This document shows positions 40,738 to 50,395 of a DNA stretch of 64,000 nucleotides, piece by piece. Source of the stretch: Oligoflexia bacterium (GTDB taxonomy: Bacteria; Bdellovibrionota; UBA1018); assembly GCA_014378465.1 (NCBI GenBank), contig JACMNQ010000075.1, positions 64,352 to 128,351 of the forward strand, read 5' to 3'. The translations under genes and the position numbers were made by a program. Positions within the stretch are counted from its first letter, which is position 1. Each line of letters starts with the position of its first letter. The notes under the pieces were generated by a model. The model searched no databases and was not told where the DNA came from. It worked only from the letters and a program-made list of their open reading frames with translations.

Positions 40738-41709
40738 TTACCACTTGTAGTGTCTGATGTGTTCACCGCGAACTGCAATTTCGCTCATCGATTTGATGCC
40801 GATTTCGAGCTGCAGGTCAGTGAATTTGCGGAACACCGCTTTCGCCGATTTCTTGGTCTTGATTCCGCCTCTTCTTAAGGGGAGATCGGAGACCAGCAGC
40901 AAAGCACCGATCGGAACCTTGCTTGCAAATCCTGCCACAAACAAAGCGGCGGTTTCCATCTCAATCGCCAGAGCTCGCTCTTCGTAGAGCGCGGATTTGA
41001 ATTTATCATCAAACTCCCAGAAGCGGTAATCGGTGGTGTGCACCACACCCGTCCGGTAGTCGAGACCCTTTTCGACGAGGATGTCTGAAACGAATTTCTG
41101 AATCTTGAAAGTGGGAAGCGCTGGCACCTGAGTGGGCATGAAGTGCTTGGAGACGCCTTCATCGCGGATCGCGGCGGTCGGAAGCACGAAATCGCCGACT
41201 TTGAGCGAGCGGTGAAGTCCGCCGCACATGCCGAGAAGGAGAACCGCTTTCGGATCCACTGACGCGAGAAGTTCAATGGCGATGGCGGCCATCGGCGAAC
41301 CGATCGAGAAGTCGACGATGGAAACGTCCGCACTGTCGCTGTGAACGACGGTGAGGGCGGAGCCCTGAGTCATCTCATCTCCGCAGATCGCGTTGAAGCG
41401 CTCGATGTAGTAGTTGAAGTTGGTCAGAATGATCTGTTTGCGAAACCGCTCGGGTGGGCTGCCACTGTAGCGCTCCAGCATGTCGCGAGCGATCTTGAGT
41501 TTCTTCTCGTTCGTGTAGATCCGGTTGTTATTGGGAATGATGAACGGATTGTTCGAGTAGAGGTCTTCCGTTTTCGTCGTGGCCTTGTCACTTGCGGCTT
41601 TGGAGGGGGCTGCTTCTGGAACTGTCGCCGCAGCTGACTTCACTTTTCTCTTTACAGGCTTTTTGGTTTGCACAAGAGAGAGCTTACCTATTGGATTGTG
41701 TCGAAACAA
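40738..41709 (-). CDS. PNP_UDP_1-family nucleosidase (AMP nucleosidase catalytic-domain-like) with a basic N-terminal extension
   Basis: 'VDFSIGSPMAAIAIELLASVDPKAVLLLGMCGGL' and 'EMETAALFVA' resemble Amn/MTA-nucleosidase active-site regions. Confidence 0.55.
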   Translation of the reverse strand: MFRHNPIGKLSLVQTKKPVKRKVKSAAATVPEAAPSKAASDKATTKTEDLYSNNPFIIPNNNRIYTNEKKLKIARDMLERYSGSPPERFRKQIILTNFNYYIERFNAICGDEMTQGSALTVVHSDSADVSIVDFSIGSPMAAIAIELLASVDPKAVLLLGMCGGLHRSLKVGDFVLPTAAIRDEGVSKHFMPTQVPALPTFKIQKFVSDILVEKGLDYRTGVVHTTDYRFWEFDDKFKSALYEERALAIEMETAALFVAGFASKVPIGALLLVSDLPLRRGGIKTKKSAKAVFRKFTDLQLEIGIKSMSEIAVRGEHIRHYKW

Positions 41710-41777
41710 GCGGGATTGTTAATGATTTAAATGTTTCTCAACCTGTAGCTCGCCGTGTTACTCTCGAGTTCAAACTT

Positions 41778-42614
41778 ATGGGTCGTTTTATTTTCGGTCT
41801 CAGCTTGATCTCGGTCACCCTGGTGGGCTTTTTTGCCTGGCAGGGGTGGCAGTATTTCAGATCCGAATTTCCCGATGTGTCCGTCCTCAAGACTCAGTAT
41901 CCGGTCGTTCACTACCTCGGACCGAAGAAACCTCCGCGAGTCACTCTCTCAAAGTCACGGCCGCCGAGTTGGGTCAGTCTCGGTCAGGTTTCGAAGGTTG
42001 GAATCGGCGCCATCGTCGTGAGTGAAGACTGGGCCTTCTATCAGCACGGGGGCTTTGATGCCCGGCAGATCAAGGAAGCCATCAAGGAAGACTGGGAAGA
42101 GGGGACTTTCGCTCGCGGTGCCAGCACCATCACTCAACAGGTCGTGAGAAACGTCTTTCTTGACAAGGACAAGAACCTCTGGCGCAAGCTCAAGGAACTC
42201 ATCCTTGCCGTCCGCATCGAAGAATCCGTCGGCAAGAGAAAGATTCTCGAGAGCTACCTCAACATCGCCGAGTGGGGTGAGGGCATCTACGGGATCAACG
42301 CCGCCACCCAATTTTATTTCAAGAAGTCCCCGATGGAACTCACGGCCCGAGAAGGTGCTTTTCTGGCCATGCTCCTGCCCAGCCCCAAACGGTACTCCCA
42401 GTCCTATCGTGCCAGACATTTGACTGAGTATGCTCAGGATACCGTCAGTGACATTCTCCACAAGATGACCCAGGCCCGTTATCTGACGGAGCAGGATCGG
42501 GATCGCGAACTTTCCTCAGCGCTGGTTTTTGAAGTCCGTCCGAATTCTGAAGTGCCATCGCTTCCGGTCCATGAGTCAGAAATGCCAATAAATAAGGCCA
42601 AAACTGCGCTTTAG
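41778..42614 (+). CDS. mtgA: Monofunctional peptidoglycan glycosyltransferase (GT51, MtgA-like)
   Basis: N-terminal TM helix. GT51 motifs 'EDWAFYQHGGFD', 'GASTITQQVVRN', 'RKLKE', 'ILESYLNIAEWG'. ATG at 41778; the ORF-track start at 41592 overlaps the divergent gene. Confidence 0.75.
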   Translation: MGRFIFGLSLISVTLVGFFAWQGWQYFRSEFPDVSVLKTQYPVVHYLGPKKPPRVTLSKSRPPSWVSLGQVSKVGIGAIVVSEDWAFYQHGGFDARQIKEAIKEDWEEGTFARGASTITQQVVRNVFLDKDKNLWRKLKELILAVRIEESVGKRKILESYLNIAEWGEGIYGINAATQFYFKKSPMELTAREGAFLAMLLPSPKRYSQSYRARHLTEYAQDTVSDILHKMTQARYLTEQDRDRELSSALVFEVRPNSEVPSLPVHESEMPINKAKTAL

Positions 42615-42649
42615 ATGGGCAGTTTTTACCCGCTCGCTGCAAATAGTTC

Positions 42650-43993
42650 ATGAAAAAGTTGACCTCTGATTGGCCACTGGTCCAGAATCAAGGTATGAAA
42701 CTCACCAGAGCCCGTTGTGGGGCTCTTTTTATTTTTATTGCTCTGGCCGTTCTGGGAATCTTCTACCAAAGAGGAGGTCACCCTAGTCTCACGACCGCTT
42801 TTTCATCCATTGCAGTCGCCGCCAAGCCCGTGGGCCTGACCAAGGACAACCTTTCGGAGGCTCTCGGGGGTTCCGTCGGCAAGTTCGTGCAGCTTCCGAC
42901 TGAGATGACCATGCCCGTGGACGGTGAGCAGAAGAAGACCATCATTCAGTATGCTTTTGATGCGAAACTTCAGGAAGACATGGAAGAGCTCTTCAAGAGC
43001 TACAAGCCCGACTACGGCGCCTTCGTGGCGATCGACGCGACCACCGGCCGTGTTCTTTCCATGATCAGCTACAACCATGGGGACAAAACTCGCCTGGATC
43101 ATCTGGCTCTGCGCGCAACTTTTCCGTCTGCCTCCGTTTTCAAGATGGTGACTGCGGCTGCCGTAATTTCAGAACGCAAGTTCTCAGCCGATACCCGGAT
43201 CTCCTACAATGGCGCCAATCACACGCTTTATCACTCCCAGATTCTCAAATCGAACGTCAATCGCTGGACTCACCAGATTTCCCTTCGCGAAGCTTTCGCG
43301 AAATCCGTCAACACCGTCTTTGGTCGGATCGGGGCCTATAATGTGGGTGCAGTGAGCCTGGCGGACTATGCAGGACGTTTCGGCTTCAATCGCAAGATCG
43401 CGGCGGACATTCCGATTCAGCAGGGCAAGTCCGTGATCACCAATGATCCCTGGTCCCTGGCTGAAACCGCTTCAGGCTACACTCGTGAGAACACCATGAG
43501 CCCGATGCAGGGCGCGATCATGGCCGCTGCCATCGCCAACGACGGCAACATGATGGAGCCCTATGTGGTTCAATCAGTCCATGCTCTCGATGGAACTCCC
43601 ATTTACAACGCCGAGCCAAAGCTCGCCAACACGACGGTCACCAGTGAAACCGCCGCCGAAATTCGCGCTCTCATGCGTGAGACGGTGGTGCGTGGAACTT
43701 CGAAGAAATCTTTCCGCGGCTTTTTCAAAGGCGGCTTTTCGTTTGTTGACGTCGGTGGCAAGACCGGCTCACTTCTCGGCAATGATCCCAAGGGCAAGTA
43801 CGACTGGTTCGTCGGCTACGCTCATGCGGGAACCCACCGCATCGCGATCTGCGCACTCACCGTCCATGAGAAACTCTGGCGTGTGAAGTCTTCCTACCTC
43901 GCCCGTCGCGCGATCGAATCCTACTTCAAACCGAGACTGGCCGAGCGCAACGTCGCTTCCGTCAGTCGTCAGACCCGCCGCTCCAACTACTAG
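42650..43993 (+). CDS. Penicillin-binding transpeptidase-domain protein with its own N-terminal membrane anchor
   Basis: TM helix, then '[19 protein letters not shown]', SxxK ('SVFK'), SxN ('SVN'), KTG ('GKTGS'). Confidence 0.7.
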   Translation: MKKLTSDWPLVQNQGMKLTRARCGALFIFIALAVLGIFYQRGGHPSLTTAFSSIAVAAKPVGLTKDNLSEALGGSVGKFVQLPTEMTMPVDGEQKKTIIQYAFDAKLQEDMEELFKSYKPDYGAFVAIDATTGRVLSMISYNHGDKTRLDHLALRATFPSASVFKMVTAAAVISERKFSADTRISYNGANHTLYHSQILKSNVNRWTHQISLREAFAKSVNTVFGRIGAYNVGAVSLADYAGRFGFNRKIAADIPIQQGKSVITNDPWSLAETASGYTRENTMSPMQGAIMAAAIANDGNMMEPYVVQSVHALDGTPIYNAEPKLANTTVTSETAAEIRALMRETVVRGTSKKSFRGFFKGGFSFVDVGGKTGSLLGNDPKGKYDWFVGYAHAGTHRIAICALTVHEKLWRVKSSYLARRAIESYFKPRLAERNVASVSRQTRRSNY

Positions 43994-44004
43994 GGCCTGA
44001 CGTC

Positions 44005-44469
44005 TTGAAAGCTCTCATTCAACGAGTCCTTTCAGCGAAGGTGGTGGTCGAGGGAAAGGCCGTGGGAGAAATCGGTCCGGGCATTCTCACCTTCCTCGGG
44101 ATCGCGCACTCAGACACTGAGAAGGAGCTCCAGTGGCTCATCCAGAAGATCCTGAAACTCAGGATCTTTGAAGATGAGCAGTGCAAGATGAACCTTTCAC
44201 TTCTGGATCTCCAGGGTTCCAACCCCGGGGCTCAGAGCCACAGTCACCTCATTGTGAGTCAGTTCACGCTTTATGGTGATACTGCCAAGGGCAATCGCCC
44301 GAGTTTCGTGAATGCCGCGTCGCCTGCAATCGCGCAACCTCTCTATGAAAAGGCTCTGGAACTGAGCAAAGCATCGGGCGTGAAGACTCAGGGCGGGATC
44401 TTTCAAGCCGACATGAAAGTGACTTTGATCAACGATGGACCAGTGACTTTCGTCATCGAATCTGAGTAG
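44005..44469 (+). CDS. dtd: D-aminoacyl-tRNA deacylase
   Basis: '[36 protein letters not shown]' and 'SQFTLYGDT' motifs. TTG start. Confidence 0.8.
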   Translation: MKALIQRVLSAKVVVEGKAVGEIGPGILTFLGIAHSDTEKELQWLIQKILKLRIFEDEQCKMNLSLLDLQGSNPGAQSHSHLIVSQFTLYGDTAKGNRPSFVNAASPAIAQPLYEKALELSKASGVKTQGGIFQADMKVTLINDGPVTFVIESE

Positions 44470-44477
44470 ATCAACAC

Positions 44478-45452
44478 ATGACCGTTCATGTTCCCATTCT
44501 CGTGGAGCCCATCGTGCAGGCGATGATCGAAGCGCTGCAAGCTCTCCCTGAGGGAACTCCTCCGCACTGGGTGGTGGACTGCACTTTTGGAGGCGGCGGA
44601 CACACGGATGCGTTTCTGAAGGCCATCGCCGCGGAACCGAAGATCGCCCACCACAAGGTTCTGGGAGTCGACCAGGATGAGAGTGCCGTGTCCAGAGGGC
44701 ACGAGCGTTTCGCGAAGGAGATCTCTGGAGATCGCCTCAAGATCGTGCACCGCCGATTCAGTGAACTTTCCGAAGAGGACCTTGCCGGTCGCTCGGTCGC
44801 CTATCTCCTGGCGGATCTCGGGTTCTCCAGTGATCAGCTCGAGGACTCCGAAAGAGGGCTGAGTTTTCAGTCCAATGGTCCGCTCGACATGAGACTCGAC
44901 CCCAGCCGGGGAGTGAGCTGCCGGGACTATCTCTTCAACGTGACGGAACAGGAACTCGTGGAAATCCTCCAGAATCTGGGCGAAGAGCGCTTTTCGCGTC
45001 GTATCGCCCACGCCATCATTTCAAAACGGCGTGAAAGTGCCATGCCCAAAACCACCCGTGAACTCGCCGACCTCATCGTTCATTCGGTACCCCCCGAAGC
45101 ACGACGGGGTCGGATCCATGCGGCGACTCGCACTTTTCAGGCACTGAGAATAGTTGTGAATCAGGAGCTGGAAGAGCTCGATAAGCTCCTGAGCCGTGTT
45201 ATACTTTTCGTACGACCCGGAGGAAGAGTCGCGATCATCAGTTTTCACTCTCTCGAGGATCGAAAGGTGAAACAGACTTTCAAAGGCGAATCGGATTTTG
45301 AACAGCTGACCAAGAAGCCCATCGAAGCCGATGAAGTTGAAGTCAGTCGCAATCCGAGATCTCGCAGTGCAAAGTTGAGGATTGCTGAAAGAACCATTCC
45401 GGGTGAGCCGATCAGAAAGTCTGAACGGAAGAGAATGGGAAAATTTTCATGA
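44478..45452 (+). CDS. rsmH: 16S rRNA m4C1402 methyltransferase RsmH (MraW)
   Basis: 'HVPILVEPIV', 'DCTFGGGGHT', 'FHSLEDR'. First gene of the dcw cluster here; no mraZ upstream. Confidence 0.9.
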   Translation: MTVHVPILVEPIVQAMIEALQALPEGTPPHWVVDCTFGGGGHTDAFLKAIAAEPKIAHHKVLGVDQDESAVSRGHERFAKEISGDRLKIVHRRFSELSEEDLAGRSVAYLLADLGFSSDQLEDSERGLSFQSNGPLDMRLDPSRGVSCRDYLFNVTEQELVEILQNLGEERFSRRIAHAIISKRRESAMPKTTRELADLIVHSVPPEARRGRIHAATRTFQALRIVVNQELEELDKLLSRVILFVRPGGRVAIISFHSLEDRKVKQTFKGESDFEQLTKKPIEADEVEVSRNPRSRSAKLRIAERTIPGEPIRKSERKRMGKFS

Positions 45453-45715
45453 AGAAAAACCGCAAAATTCCTCTCTGGACCATCCCGATGGTGATCGCCA
45501 TGGCGACGCTCACCGTCTGGCTTCGATTGACGATTGTTCGCACGACGTACACCATCACTCAGACGGACAAGATGATTTCCAACATGCAGCATGAACGCGA
45601 AAAGGCGAGCATGCGAGTCTCCGGCCTCAGGTCCCCGCGCCGCCTGGAGCTTCTGGCACGTACCAAGTTCAACCTCGATCAACCCCGCGCTGATCAGGTG
45701 GTGCACCTCAAATGA
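45449..45715 (+). CDS. ftsL: Cell-division protein FtsL-like (single TM plus coiled coil)
   Basis: 88 aa. Hydrophobic helix 'LWTIPMVIAMATLTVWL'. Positioned between rsmH and ftsI, with ATGA overlaps on both sides. Confidence 0.55.
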   Translation: MKKNRKIPLWTIPMVIAMATLTVWLRLTIVRTTYTITQTDKMISNMQHEREKASMRVSGLRSPRRLELLARTKFNLDQPRADQVVHLK

Positions 45716-47775
45716 AACAGAGAATCACGGTCATCATGGTCGGATGTCTTCTGCTGGCGACAGGCGTGATGAGTCGCGCCGCCTACATTCAGCTCATCGG
45801 CGACCCGAAGCTGAACGGGATGGCGAAGCGTCAGTTCAGTTCTCGAGTGCTCGTGAAGCCTCGCCGCGGCCTGGTGCTCGACCGAAACGGTGAGCCTCTC
45901 GCCATCAATCTCGAAGTGCAGAGTCTGGCCGCAAATCCCTCAAAAATTCAGAACAAGAAGACCATGGCACGGCTTCTGGCCAAAGCGACGGGTCTGCCGT
46001 ATTCGAAGATCTACAATCGCCTGAAAGACCCCAAGCGTGAATTTGTCTGGATCAAAAGACACATTCAGGACCAGGAGCTCGAGCGTTTCAAGAAATGGCA
46101 GATCATCGATCCGAGCGGCGACCTCATGAGCGGGCTCTGGATGGTCAAGGAAAGTGAACGTGCCTATCCTCACGGAGAACTTGCCGCGCACGTGCTTGGA
46201 AACGTCAATCTCGACACTGAAGGAGTCGAAGGCGTTGAACTCTGGGGCAATGAGCAACTGCAGGGCAAAGTGGTTTCAGTCGCTGCCATCCGCGATGCTC
46301 TTGGGCGCCCGACATTCATGGACGCGGTTGCCGCCAAGGACGCCAAGGACGGGGAGTCGATCACTCTGACACTCGATTCGTCCCTTCAGTTCTCCGTTGA
46401 ACAGGAACTCAAGCATGCCGTGACCAAATCCAACGCGAAGGCCGGCTCCGTGATCGTCATGGACGCCACCACCGGAGAGATTCTCGCGATGGCCAACGAA
46501 CCGAGTTTCAATCCGAACAACCGGGGCGCCCCGCTGGATCATCGCCGCAACCGAGTCTTGACCGATGGCTACGAGCCTGGCTCGATCATGAAGCCGTTCC
46601 TTGTCGCCAGTGCTCTGAGCAATGGTTGGAAACTCACGGATACGGTTTACGGTGAAAAAGGAAGCTTCTACGTTCAGGGAAAGAAAATTTCGGAAGCTGA
46701 GGCCAAGGAAAAGTTTGAATGGATCAACCTGAAGAAAGTCATTCAAGTCTCCAGCAACGTTGGAGCGGCCAAAATCGCACTGAAACTCGGCGCAGACAAA
46801 TATCTCGCCACACTCAAGGCGCTTGAGATCGGCAGCAAGAGCGGGATCGGCTTCCCTGGCGAAATTTCGGGCAGAATTCCTCCGCGCAAGAGCTGGACTC
46901 CTCTGACTCTTGCCAATATCGGATTTGGTCAAGGGGTGCTCGTCACTCCGATCCAGATGCTTCGCGGATACGCCGCTCTGGCCAATGGCGGCTGGCTCGT
47001 GCAGCCAACTCTTCTGAAGAGTTCCTTCTCGAAATTCACTCCGACTCCTCCCGTGCGGGTTTTCACCCAGCAAGTGGCCGACGGCGTCACTCAGGCGATG
47101 GAGCTCGTGACCCAGGAGGGCGGCACCGCGAAGAAAGCTGCGCTGGATGGCTATGTCGTCGCGGGCAAGACCGGAACCGCTCAGATGGTGGATCCGGCCA
47201 CGGGTGGCTATTCCCGTTCCAAGCACATCTCTTCCTTCATCGGTTATCCAGTCGGAGTTGAGCCTCGTCTCGTGATCTTCACGCAGATCGCGGAACCCCA
47301 GGGAATTTACTTCGCAGGTGAAACCGCGGCCCCCCTGTTTCACGCCGTACTCAATGCAGCAGCGACTCGTTTCAGTATCCCAAGCGCCTCGGATGGCTCT
47401 CGCACTCTTGCATCGGTCAACGCTCCGACCAGGATGGCCAAGTCTCTTTCCAAGATCACTGGAAAGAAAGAGGCTCCCGCAGCCATGCGAACGATCAGTC
47501 TTGAGGAGCTCGATTCAAATGACAACATTCGCTGGAGCGCGGCTGAGACCCAGAATCCCGTGCAGATGGAAAGCACCACTCCAGGTGGGGCCACTTCATG
47601 GAAGATGCCAGGACTTCTGGGATTGACCGCGCGCGAGGCACTGCGCTCTCTGCAGGGACACAAATTCCAGATTGCCCTTCACGGCGCCGGAATCATTCAG
47701 TCCCAGTCACCTGAAGAAGGAAAAGAAATCGCGGACGGCAGCACCGTGCGCCTGCAGATGGCGGAACCGCTCTGA
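45712..47775 (+). CDS. ftsI: Peptidoglycan D,D-transpeptidase FtsI (class B PBP) with a C-terminal PASTA domain
   Basis: SxxK 'GSIMKPF', SxN 'SSNVGAAK', KTG 'AGKTGTAQ'. C-terminal roughly 70 aa ('WKMPGLLGLTAREALRSL...') is PASTA-like. Confidence 0.85.
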   Translation: MKQRITVIMVGCLLLATGVMSRAAYIQLIGDPKLNGMAKRQFSSRVLVKPRRGLVLDRNGEPLAINLEVQSLAANPSKIQNKKTMARLLAKATGLPYSKIYNRLKDPKREFVWIKRHIQDQELERFKKWQIIDPSGDLMSGLWMVKESERAYPHGELAAHVLGNVNLDTEGVEGVELWGNEQLQGKVVSVAAIRDALGRPTFMDAVAAKDAKDGESITLTLDSSLQFSVEQELKHAVTKSNAKAGSVIVMDATTGEILAMANEPSFNPNNRGAPLDHRRNRVLTDGYEPGSIMKPFLVASALSNGWKLTDTVYGEKGSFYVQGKKISEAEAKEKFEWINLKKVIQVSSNVGAAKIALKLGADKYLATLKALEIGSKSGIGFPGEISGRIPPRKSWTPLTLANIGFGQGVLVTPIQMLRGYAALANGGWLVQPTLLKSSFSKFTPTPPVRVFTQQVADGVTQAMELVTQEGGTAKKAALDGYVVAGKTGTAQMVDPATGGYSRSKHISSFIGYPVGVEPRLVIFTQIAEPQGIYFAGETAAPLFHAVLNAAATRFSIPSASDGSRTLASVNAPTRMAKSLSKITGKKEAPAAMRTISLEELDSNDNIRWSAAETQNPVQMESTTPGGATSWKMPGLLGLTAREALRSLQGHKFQIALHGAGIIQSQSPEEGKEIADGSTVRLQMAEPL

Positions 47776-49283
47776 TGTCCTCAGCGAAGACCTTGGGCGA
47801 CTTGCTCTCGCAACTCGACCGGGACAACTGGGTCTCGGATGCGACAGGACTTTTCAAGAACGCTCAGGCCATATCCAGGGTGACGTCCGATTCCCGACAG
47901 GTCGGGCCCGGAACCCTGTTCATTGCAGTTCACGGTGTGAGCCAGGATGGACATCGGTTTCTTGAGCCGGCATTCAAGTCTGGAGCAGTTCTGGCGATCG
48001 GTCAGAACGCGCACGATCACCCGAACTACCTCCAGGTGAAGGACTCGCGCGAAACACTGGCCCAGCTCGCGGCAGAACTTCATGGCAACCCGTCTCACTC
48101 ACTGCTCATGGTCGGTGTGACCGGAACCAGTGGCAAGACGACCACGACGTACATCATCGAGTCCATACTCAAGGCCGCAGGCCACTGCGTGGGGGTCATC
48201 GGTACCGTCAATTTCAGAATCGGTGAAGAAATCCTGCCGTCGACACACACGACTCCGGGAGCAGTGGAGTTGCAGGAACTTCTTGAGCAGATGAAAATCA
48301 AAGGCTGCACTGCGGTCGTGATGGAAGTTTCGTCTCACGCCCTCAAACAGAAGAGAACGGCGGCACTCGCTTTCGACGGAGTCATCTTCACCAATCTTTC
48401 GCCCGAGCATCTGGATTTTCACCCGCACATGGAAGATTATTTCGCCTCGAAGTCGATTCTGTTCTTCGATCAGATGCAGAGGTCACGCCTTGCCGGCAAG
48501 ACTCCATTTGCGGCCGTGAACGTGGATGATCATTACGGCGAGCGACTTGCGGAGTCGCTGAGTTCAGTCCCAAGTCCCGTGCTCCATGGTTTTCGAGTCA
48601 CTTCTGAAGTCACGGTCGGCCTCGAAGGTATCTGTGGCGTCTATCAGGGCATTCCCTTTCAGTCTGAACTGGTGGGCGGTTTCAATGCTTCGAACATTCT
48701 TGGTGCCTTGTGTGTCTGCCGAGGCATCGGAATCTCCGCTGAAGCCATCACGGAAGGGATCCGCTCACTTCCCTGCGTGCCTGGACGACTGGAAAAAGTT
48801 CCTGCATCCAAAGGGCGTACCATTCTCATCGATTACGCCCATAAGCCGGATGCTCTGGAGAAAGTCCTCAGTGTGCTTGAAGCGATCAAGGGGAGTGGAA
48901 AGCTCATCACTGTTTTCGGTTGCGGTGGCGACCGGGATCGCACGAAACGCCCGCTCATGGGGAAAATCGCCGTTCAGCTCTCCGATCAGGTTTTCATCAC
49001 CTCGGACAATCCCCGAACTGAAAATCCGGAAACCATCATTGCGGAAATCTTGCATGGCACGAACGGCCAAAGTGAAAGCAGCACCCCGGTGCACGTCGAG
49101 ATCGATAGGAAAAAAGCCATATTCATGGCGGTTCAGGCTTCCAGGCCGGGTGACATCATTCTGATCGCGGGCAAGGGACACGAAGACTACCAGATCATCG
49201 CTGACCCCACGACCCCGGGGGGAGTGCGCAAGATTCATCTGGATGATCGAGAAATCGCGTCTGAAGCGTTGCAATTTCTTTGA
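47775..49283 (+). CDS. murE: UDP-MurNAc-tripeptide synthetase (meso-DAP-adding MurE)
   Basis: 'GVTGTSGKTTT' P-loop, 'DYAHKPDAL', and 'SDNPRTE' (DNPR motif, mDAP specificity). TGATG overlap with ftsI. Confidence 0.85.
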   Translation: MSSAKTLGDLLSQLDRDNWVSDATGLFKNAQAISRVTSDSRQVGPGTLFIAVHGVSQDGHRFLEPAFKSGAVLAIGQNAHDHPNYLQVKDSRETLAQLAAELHGNPSHSLLMVGVTGTSGKTTTTYIIESILKAAGHCVGVIGTVNFRIGEEILPSTHTTPGAVELQELLEQMKIKGCTAVVMEVSSHALKQKRTAALAFDGVIFTNLSPEHLDFHPHMEDYFASKSILFFDQMQRSRLAGKTPFAAVNVDDHYGERLAESLSSVPSPVLHGFRVTSEVTVGLEGICGVYQGIPFQSELVGGFNASNILGALCVCRGIGISAEAITEGIRSLPCVPGRLEKVPASKGRTILIDYAHKPDALEKVLSVLEAIKGSGKLITVFGCGGDRDRTKRPLMGKIAVQLSDQVFITSDNPRTENPETIIAEILHGTNGQSESSTPVHVEIDRKKAIFMAVQASRPGDIILIAGKGHEDYQIIADPTTPGGVRKIHLDDREIASEALQFL

Positions 49284-49316
49284 CACGAGTTTTTAAAATT
49301 CTGTAGCATCTCGGTC

Positions 49317-50390
49317 ATGCTTCTTTATTTGCTCTATCCGCTCCACACGGAATATTCAGCGTTGAATGTCTTCAAGTACATCACTTTCAGGACGTTTGGC
49401 GCGAGCATCACCGCGGTCCTTTTTTCGATGATGATCGGACCCGCTTTCATCCGCCTTCTTCAGAAGATGCAGATGGGTCAGGTCATTCGTACGGATGGAC
49501 CGCAGTCTCATCTGTCCAAAAAGGGCACTCCCACCATGGGTGGCGGACTCATTCTCATTTCAATCGCATTTTCCACTCTGCTCTGGTCCGATCTCGCCAA
49601 TCGTTCAGTCTGGATCTGTCTGCTTACCACGCTTGCGACCGGTGTCGTCGGATTCATCGATGATTATCTCAAAGTCGTGCGCAAGAACCCAAAAGGTCTC
49701 TCTGGCAAGAAGAAGCTTCTCGGCCAGGGCATCATTTCCTTTTTTGCAGCTTACGCGATTTACAAATTCGGAGAGCCCGCCACTCTCGCGTTTCCCTTCT
49801 TCAAGGGTTGGAGCATCGAGCTCGGGATGTTCTACATTCCCTTCGCGATGTTCGTGATTATCGGAGCATCCAACGCGGTTAATCTGACCGATGGCCTGGA
49901 TGGGCTCGCAGTCGGACCCACGATCACCACCTCCGTCACTTTTCTGATTTTAGCTTACTGCGCCGGAAATATCAAAATTGCGGAGTACCTCCAGATCCCT
50001 CATATCGTGGGCTCAGGCGAGCTTTCGATCTTTTTAGGCTCTGTGGCCGCGAGTTGCCTCGGCTTTCTCTGGTTCAACACCTATCCCGCTCAGGTCTTCA
50101 TGGGTGACGTGGGCGCTTTGGCCCTGGGCGCAGCCCTCGGGATCGTCGCGGTCATCACAAAAAATGAGATACTGCTTGCACTCTGTGGCGGAATTTTCGT
50201 AATGGAAGCACTCTCGGTGATGGCTCAGGTTGCTTCTTTCAAACTGACCGGAAAACGCGTTTTTAAAATGGCTCCGATTCACCATCACTTTGAACTCAAA
50301 GGGTGGGCGGAACCAAAAGTGATCGTTCGTTTTTGGATTATATCGGTTCTGTTGGCTCTGGCGACATTATCGACCCTTAAGTTGAGGTAA
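49317..50390 (+). CDS. mraY: Phospho-N-acetylmuramoyl-pentapeptide transferase
   Basis: 'NVFKYITFRT', 'PTMGG', 'NAVNLTDGLDGLA', 'FMGDVG'. Directly follows murE with no murF. Confidence 0.9.
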   Translation: MLLYLLYPLHTEYSALNVFKYITFRTFGASITAVLFSMMIGPAFIRLLQKMQMGQVIRTDGPQSHLSKKGTPTMGGGLILISIAFSTLLWSDLANRSVWICLLTTLATGVVGFIDDYLKVVRKNPKGLSGKKKLLGQGIISFFAAYAIYKFGEPATLAFPFFKGWSIELGMFYIPFAMFVIIGASNAVNLTDGLDGLAVGPTITTSVTFLILAYCAGNIKIAEYLQIPHIVGSGELSIFLGSVAASCLGFLWFNTYPAQVFMGDVGALALGAALGIVAVITKNEILLALCGGIFVMEALSVMAQVASFKLTGKRVFKMAPIHHHFELKGWAEPKVIVRFWIISVLLALATLSTLKLR

Positions 50391-50395
50391 GTGTC

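Noticed and set aside
41095-41125. TGGCAC-N5-TGGGC sigma54-like motif
   Set aside because: Poor -12 element (TGGGC vs TTGCW) and located inside a coding region.
46276-47343. 355-aa minus-strand ORF inside ftsI
   Set aside because: Antisense shadow of the PBP transpeptidase domain.
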